Assembly: GCF_009914755.1 (NCBI RefSeq)
Contig: NC_060935.1
Origin: the human T2T-CHM13v2.0 reference genome, Homo sapiens
Length of the DNA stretch: 64,000 nucleotides
Direction: 5' to 3' (one strand)
Position 1 is the first letter of the stretch. Every line of letters begins with the position of its first letter. Under the pieces are notes generated by a model, which saw only the letters and a list, made by a program, of their open reading frames with translations, searched no databases and was not told where the DNA came from. The translations under genes and the position numbers were made by a program. Shown piece after piece: positions 52,946 through 64,000 of this stretch.

Positions 52946-55430
52946 TGACCAGCTTATTCTTTACCATGCACTGTGGTAAATTCTTTATATATGTTATTTC
53001 ATTTCCATTCAACAACCCCATGAAGGAGAAATTGTCATCTCAATTTTACAGATGAGGAATCTGAGGAATAGAGTTGTTAAAAAACTTGCCTAGTATCTTA
53101 TGTACAGGGTTGAAATTTGAAGTAAATTCTGTCTGATTCATAGTAAGTGTACAACAAATACGTAATTGTTGAAAACGAATGCATAAAGTATCTAGGCAAA
53201 CCTAAAACTTGTGAACCAAGTAGGTACCTGTTCACATATACAGACTGAGCGTGCAGAAATCCTGTATTAGACTGATGGGTATTTACTTCACTCCAACTCA
53301 AGACTTCTGAATTAGCAAGGCAACTTTATGTATGAGACTATATTGCCATTGTTTCTCAAATTGTGGCTCCTGAACCAGCAGCATGAACATCACCTGAAAA
53401 CTTGTCTAAGACTACCAGATTTAGGGATTTAGGGATGCCAGATTAAATTTGAATTTCAGATAAACGATGAATAATGAAATCTTTGAGACATACATATACT
53501 AAAAATTATTCATCGTTTATCTGAAATTCAAGAATCTGATATATGGGAATTCTATATTTTATTTGGCAAGACTATTAGAAATTGAAATTCTCCAGCCCTA
53601 GCCCAGACTTAATGAATTAGAAACTCAAGTGAGTCCCAGCCATCAGTGTTTCAATAGGCCCTACAAGTGATTCTGATGCACCCTCAAGTTTGAAAACCAA
53701 TGACCTAGGCAATGCCTTGTTCACCTAAAGCAGTGGTTAGCCGAACCTGGCCAGCTGTCTGTTTTTGTCAATAATTTTTGTTTTGAAACACAGTTACACC
53801 CACACCCATTCTTTTGCTTATGCTTTTATTTACTTACTTATTAAGTTACCTGCCCTCTTGAAGCTTATATGGTCTAGCTGTGGACAGTTGTGTTAATTAT
53901 ATCTTCAGGTGTAAGTAACAATAAAACAAACTAAAATTGGCTTAAGTAATAAAGGAATACAAGATCTTGCATAGCCAGAAGTACAAAGGCTGCAGGGATG
54001 CTTGGCTCAGCAGTTCTTGTGTTACAAGGGCATGACAGGACAAAGACCTTATGGCCCTAGAATGTTTGCTATCTGACCTTTTACAGATAATGTTTGCTTA
54101 ACCCTGACCTAAGAGAGCATCCTCTGATCATAGAAGCATATTCTCAGCCCTCTCTAACAGGTGCTGGAAGCTGGGATAGGACAGACACTGAGTTTCCGAA
54201 AATTGAAAAGTCCCTTCTGAGCTTTCTTGCATTGCTGTGTTCCTTGGCTCCAAGAGGGGTTCGGGGGAAGATGAAGGGCAATGCAGCAAAGGAGGGGCTG
54301 AGGAGCAAAAAAAAAAAAACAAAAAAAAAACAAAAAAAACCAAAAACTTCCCAGAGCCCAGAATACCTGGTTATGGGCACCCCCTGCTGGAGAGTTGGCA
54401 AAATTCTGTGACATTGGTCAATTTAGTCACCAAATGTGTAGAGGTTGACTGTATGCCAGATTGTGGAAAGCAAAGGTAAAGTTCTCTTGAAGAACTGACT
54501 CACAGTCAAGAGTAGTCAGGCTCCCTAATTAGATCTTTATGCTGTCTAGTCAAGTGTCAGTTGCAGTCGTACTTAACAAATGATGATTGATATAATATGC
54601 TTATAGTCACTCAGTAAATAACTATTACATGTTTGCTAGGGGATAGGTGCTGGACTACACACTGGAGACAGAGTAGTAAACAAAATAGACACATTCCTTG
54701 CCCTCTTGGAGCTTATATTCTAGTGGATGTTGTGTTAATTATAACATCAGTTGTAAGTAACAACAAAGCTAACTAAAACTGGCTTAAGCAATAAGGAATA
54801 TATTATCTCACATAACTGTAAGTACAAAGGTAGGATAGGCTTTAGGGCTAGTTGACTCAACAGCACAAGACATCAATAAAGACAAGTTATTTTCATCTCA
54901 TTCTCTGCCTTTCTGATTGTACTGGCATTTTCCTCAGGTTGTTCCTTTATTATTATTATTTTTTCTTTTTTTTGAGATGTCTCACTCTGTCTCCCAGGCT
55001 GGAGTACAGTGATGTGATTTCAGCTCACTGCAACCTCTGTCTCCTGGCCCCAGGTCAGGGCCTCCGCCTCCTGGGCCCAGGCCCTCCCACCTCAGCCTTC
55101 TGAGTAGCTGAGACTACAGGCATGTGCCAACCACCCAGGTAATTTTTGTTTGTTTTTTTTTTTTTTTTTTGCCATGTTGCCTAGGCTGGTCTTGAACTCC
55201 TGGGCTCCAGTGATTGAGCCTCGGCCTCCCAAAGTGCTGGGATTACAGGCGTGAGCCACCTCACAGGCCTCAGGTTGTTCCTTTTGAAGTTTCAAAATGG
55301 TTGCTACAACTCCAAGTATCACCTTCAGATATGTCAAAGTACAGAGACAGAAAGTGATCATCTCTTTGTATGGCTTTTTCTATTTTGTTTTAAGAGACAG
55401 GGTCTCACTTGCTGCCCAGGCTGGAGTGCA

Positions 55431-55526
55431 GTGGCACAGTCATAACTCACTGCAGCGGCACAGTCATAACTCACTGCAGCGGCACAGTCATAACTCACTG
55501 CAGCGGCACAGTCATAACTCACTGTA
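55431..55526. repeat. 24-bp x4 minisatellite inside an antisense Alu
   Basis: Unit GCGGCACAGTCATAACTCACTGCA. Confidence 0.97.
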
Positions 55527-55595
55527 GCCTTGAACTCCTAGGATCAAGAGATCCTCTAACTTCAGCCTCCCAAATTTCTAGGATTACAGGCGTGA

Positions 55596-55760
<165 letters not shown>

Positions 55761-56086
55761 TGAGACTACAGGCCTGTGCCACAACACTTGACTAATTTTT
55801 TACTGTGGCCTTCTTACAATGAAGACACTTTTCTCAGAAGCTCCCAGAACACTTCCTTTCAGGTTATGGGGCTGATCCTAAACCAATCACCGCAAAGAGA
55901 AGAGTAAATTGTTGATTAAAATAGGGGCTTCCCCTGGGGCTTCTGAGTCACAGAGAGGAGAGATGGATGCCAGGACAAAATTGGGGTTCTGTTAACAAGG
56001 AAGAAGGGAAGAAGTGGATGTTAAATAGACATCTACCAGCATTTGCTATAGGAAAGGGAAACTAATACATAAAAATTATTTTCATG

Positions 56087-56451
<365 letters not shown>

Positions 56452-57095
56452 CTATGGCTTAGGACAGCAATTTATTTAACTCATGATTCTATTTGGGCTG
56501 AGCTCAGCTGGGTGGTTCTTTTGGACTTGACTGGACTTACTCATGACTGTGGTCAGCTGCAAGTCAGCTAGGTAGCTTTGCTCATGGGATCTGGCTGTTA
56601 GCTGAGGAAATGAGTCCAGGTGTCTTTACTTATCCAGCAGGCTCTCCTTGGCTTATTCCTGTAGTAAATCAGCAAACTTACAAGGACTAGAGCAGATGCT
56701 TGCAAGTAGTTTTGAAACCTAAGCTTGGAACTGGAACATTATCAGTTCTGCTGCATTCTTTAGGTCAAATCAAGTAAGAAGGCCAAGAGGGTGAAGAAAT
56801 AGATTCCATCTCTTGAGAGGAGGAGCTTCAAAGTCACATTGCAAGGGCATGGACCCAGGTAGGGAAAGAACTTGTGACACTTTTGCAATTTATCACAGGT
56901 GGTAAGAGTAACAGGGAAAGCTACCTAGATCTGCCTTCAAGAGAGAACTATCCTTTGTAAAGTTTCAAATCAACAATATGTCTACTCTGAGCTGAAATTC
57001 TTATACTAGTATAACTGTTACTGATGGTTTCATTACACTGTTCTAGGTAGCAAAAGTTCAGGGGTTGTGATGCTGTGATTTAAAACAATAATATT

Positions 57096-58150
57096 AGGGT
57101 TTTCTGAGCTTCTTCCTGAGGGGCAAGGAGATCTGTGGTCTCATTTTTGGCATTTCCACACAACATGGCCCCCCAAATCCCATGATTTCTATTTCTGCTT
57201 CAAAAGAAAAAACCAAGAGCACCTTCTGCCTTGAGGCTGGAAGAGACATCAGTCTGTCTGGGCTTGCTGAAGAAGGGAGAAAAAGAACAGCAAGAAGCAA
57301 CTGAACATATTGATGAAGTACAAAATGAAGTAGACTTAATAAGCCAATGAGGAGACTTTGAAAACAGAACAGAAATATAACAAACTCGGCCAACTGTTTT
57401 TTCAGATGAGGTCTGAATTGATAGCCAAAATCCCAAACTTTGGGGTAACAGCATTTGTCAACCATCCACAAATGTCTGCACTGCTTGGGGAGGAGGATGA
57501 AGAGGCACTGCCGTATTTAACCAGTGTTGAAGTGACAGAATTTGAAGATATTAAACCAGGTTACAGAATGTTTTTATTTTGACAAAAATCCTGACTTCAA
57601 AAATAAAGTTCTCTCCAAAAAATTTCATCTGAATGAGAGTGTTGCTCCATCTTCAAACTCACTAAAATCAAATGGAAATCTGGAAAGGATTTGATGAAAA
57701 ATGCAAGTCAAATGCAGAATAATGCCAGCAGGAAGAGGCAGCATGGGGAACCAGAGAGCTTCTTCACCTGGCTTACTGGCCATTCTGATGCAGGTGCAGA
57801 TGAATGAGGAAAGGTCATCAAAGATGGTATTTGGCCAAATCAATTACAGTATTACTTGGTTCCCAATAATGGATGATGAGGAAGGAGAAGGAGAAAAAGA
57901 AGATGAAGACAGGGATGAGGATGAAGGTGAAGATAAAGGTGATGAAGGGGAGGAAGGAGAGGAAGATGAAGGAGAAGATGACTAACAGAACACCAATGGA
58001 TTCCAACCTTCCTTTTAAAACATTTTATCCAATCCCTGGGAGCAACTTGCAGTCTTTGTGTTTTTGCTGTTGTGCTCAATCACCCCGTTGTTGAGGTCTT
58101 TTCTCCATACCATGGTTCCTAACTCATTTTCGGGAGAAATATATTGAGCA
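57096..58150 (+). pseudogene. Processed pseudogene of SET (TAF-I alpha isoform); decayed CDS 57165-57985; possibly SETP17
   Basis: Intronless; MAP...KKKPR..., [48 protein letters not shown], acidic tail ...GEEGEEDEGEDD*; multiple frameshifts; UTR-like flanks. Confidence 0.93.
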
Positions 58151-58169
58151 AAGGTGGGCATTTTGACAT

Positions 58170-61750
<3,581 letters not shown>

Positions 61751-64000
61751 AACGTGACCCTTTTCCCCTATGGATGAGGGATGTAAAAAAGAGCTATCTC
61801 TGCATGGATGATATAGTACAAAGCACTCTCACGTGGATGCTTCAGAAAAAGCCACCCCTCTTTGGGTGGACATAGTCTGGGATATGTTTGACTTGGTGAC
61901 CAAGGACTCCTCTCTCATTTGGGTGTCCTTATTTAGGACCGAATCTGTACATGGTGGCCTTAATTTACAACCACTTTTTTTCAGTATATGGTTTCCTAGT
62001 ACCCAGGGTGCCTCTGATTTAATTTTTTTCCACAGAGACTTCATACCAGTGGCCTTTTGCAAGGTGTGGATGAGGAACAGATATAAACATCTTAACACTG
62101 ATTTTAAGCAATCTACCTGTCTTACCCTTGCATTCTGTGGCCCCTGATATCTCCAGTTCCTGAGCTTCTCTGATATTTATCTTTCTCTGTAGTACCTGAG
62201 TTTGATCTTCCACGCCTCTGCTAAGTCATTTGCCTTTCTTTTATCTACTTTCCATTGATATCTGTTGTGACTTGGGGTTACAGATATCTCCCAGTTCAGG
62301 GAAGACAGAGTTTGTGTGTCTATTTGTTGTTCTCCTTGTTTTGTAAAGAAAAATTTTTCAGAGAAGAGAAAAAATATTTTTTTGCTCTCTTCAAGTCAGA
62401 ATTCAACCTAGAATTGGAAGAAACATAATGGCCAAAATGATAAAATAAATGATCTCATCATTAGGTTAATTAATGAAGAGCTAACACCAGGATTCAGAAT
62501 CCCTGATACCCTGGCCACAATTAAACTATAACTGGTTCTTACTCCATAGAATCATATAGTTTGAGATGGGGGGGAGTACCTCTGAGGTTTTCAGCCAATT
62601 TCCCCAATTTTCCATAAGTCTCCTCAACAATGTAAGTGGATTTCAGCATTGGTTAAAATATCAATGTGAATAGGAGCATTCACTCTATTCCATGACTATC
62701 TATTCTTATTTCAGAGAGCTCTGATTATTGGAAAGATTTTTTTCCCTGAAACATTTTTTCACTTCCTCACACTGTATCTAGTTCTGCCCGCAGAAGTTAC
62801 AAAGAACTACTGTATGTACAAATAATATAGTTTGGTAGCTGGAATACTGGCTACTCTAGAGATATGATACTGTACTCACTGCCTCTAACTCTTTGTACAA
62901 TCTATAACTAAGACAGTTGACCAGCAAAATGGAGAAAAAGCTCATATCTCACATAACAGAGATTGAGACAATTAATAAACATCATCTGTAATTTATAAAA
63001 AAAATTCTAAGCTAGCTAGTTCTCAATCCACTAAATATAAGATTGCTGGGTAGGAGAAGAAATGACTATCAGGTGGGTCATAGAAAGATTAGTGAAGAAA
63101 AGTGAGAGGATGTGTAAGAAATAACCAAGTGAATATTACAGGGAGATAAAACAAGTTGCATAAGCACATACAAATTTAAAAGTAGGAGTTGCTCAGAGAA
63201 TTCAAAAGTATGGCTAGTGCACAAGATGGGTATGAAGAAGACATGGAAAATTAGTTAGGAAAGGCAATAATGCTAAATATTAACATTTATTGAGTAAGCT
63301 ACATTCTGGCCACTATTGAGTACTTTACGTGTAAGAACCCTCAAAACAACTTTATGAGGTAGATACTACTATTACTTCATTTTAAAGATGGGGAAAAGGA
63401 GGTATGGGAGTGTTAGGTTAACTTGCCTGAGATTATGTAACTAATAAATGGCAGAGATGGGCTCTGAACCCAGGTAGTGTGGGTGCCTTAATTTATGAAG
63501 TGGTCTTCATATGAATGGCCTTTTTATTCTGAAGGTTCTAGGACTTTTTAGATAGTAAGTTGGAAACACTGGTAGATCCTTTCCTACCTCTTCACCTTTG
63601 GCACAGCTATCTCAAAGGAGTATCGGTGATAAGATAGGTGATCAGTTTAGGGATCCACAGTGGAGGCCAGAGGACTGTTCCAAACACTGATCCCCCATAT
63701 ATAAACTGAGAACTGGGAAGACAGACCTGCTTTACGGCTGGTGGCCAAGCTCAGATATTTCAAATTGGACAGAGACCCTTTACTATCCTATTCAAGAAGA
63801 AAAGGAATTGGAGCTGTGAAAGGGAGAATAAGTATTGGTGGCAATCGGTACTTAATGCCAGTATTTTTTTTTTTTTTTTGGCTATTGTTTTGTATTTCCT
63901 ATGAAACTTTTCTGCAGATCCACATAGAAAAAAATAGACATTTTTACAATAAAACTCCCACTAATTAAGCACAGCCAAGCACTGTTTTAAGTGTTTTATA

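Noticed and set aside
55431-55526. CRISPR-like array
   Set aside because: Eukaryotic DNA, contiguous repeats without spacers, derived from an Alu
57358-57985. SET-like ORFs as functional genes
   Set aside because: Fragments of a frameshifted processed pseudogene

Overview
Human/primate genomic DNA containing the complete EED gene (PRC2 WD40 subunit; + strand; 12 coding exons, 6704-40922; 441 aa) with its CpG-island promoter, the MIR6755 mirtron at the end of intron 11, a U12-type (minor) intron 4 and an L1-derived in-frame cassette exon in intron 9. Downstream lies a decayed SET (TAF-I alpha) processed pseudogene. The background is dense in Alu, L1, MaLR/ERV LTR, L2/MIR and DNA-transposon remnants. 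The most striking non-obvious element is at ~46303-47175: a frameshifted sequence whose conceptual translation aligns motif by motif with bornavirus nucleoprotein, i.e. an endogenous bornavirus-like N element (EBLN). It abuts an L1 ORF1 fragment, lies ~5 kb downstream of and co-oriented with EED, and has a splice acceptor at its 5' edge that would put EED exon 11 in frame with the virus-derived reading frame. Protein and repeat identities come from manual translation and recalled reference sequences, not from database searches; repeat boundaries are approximate.
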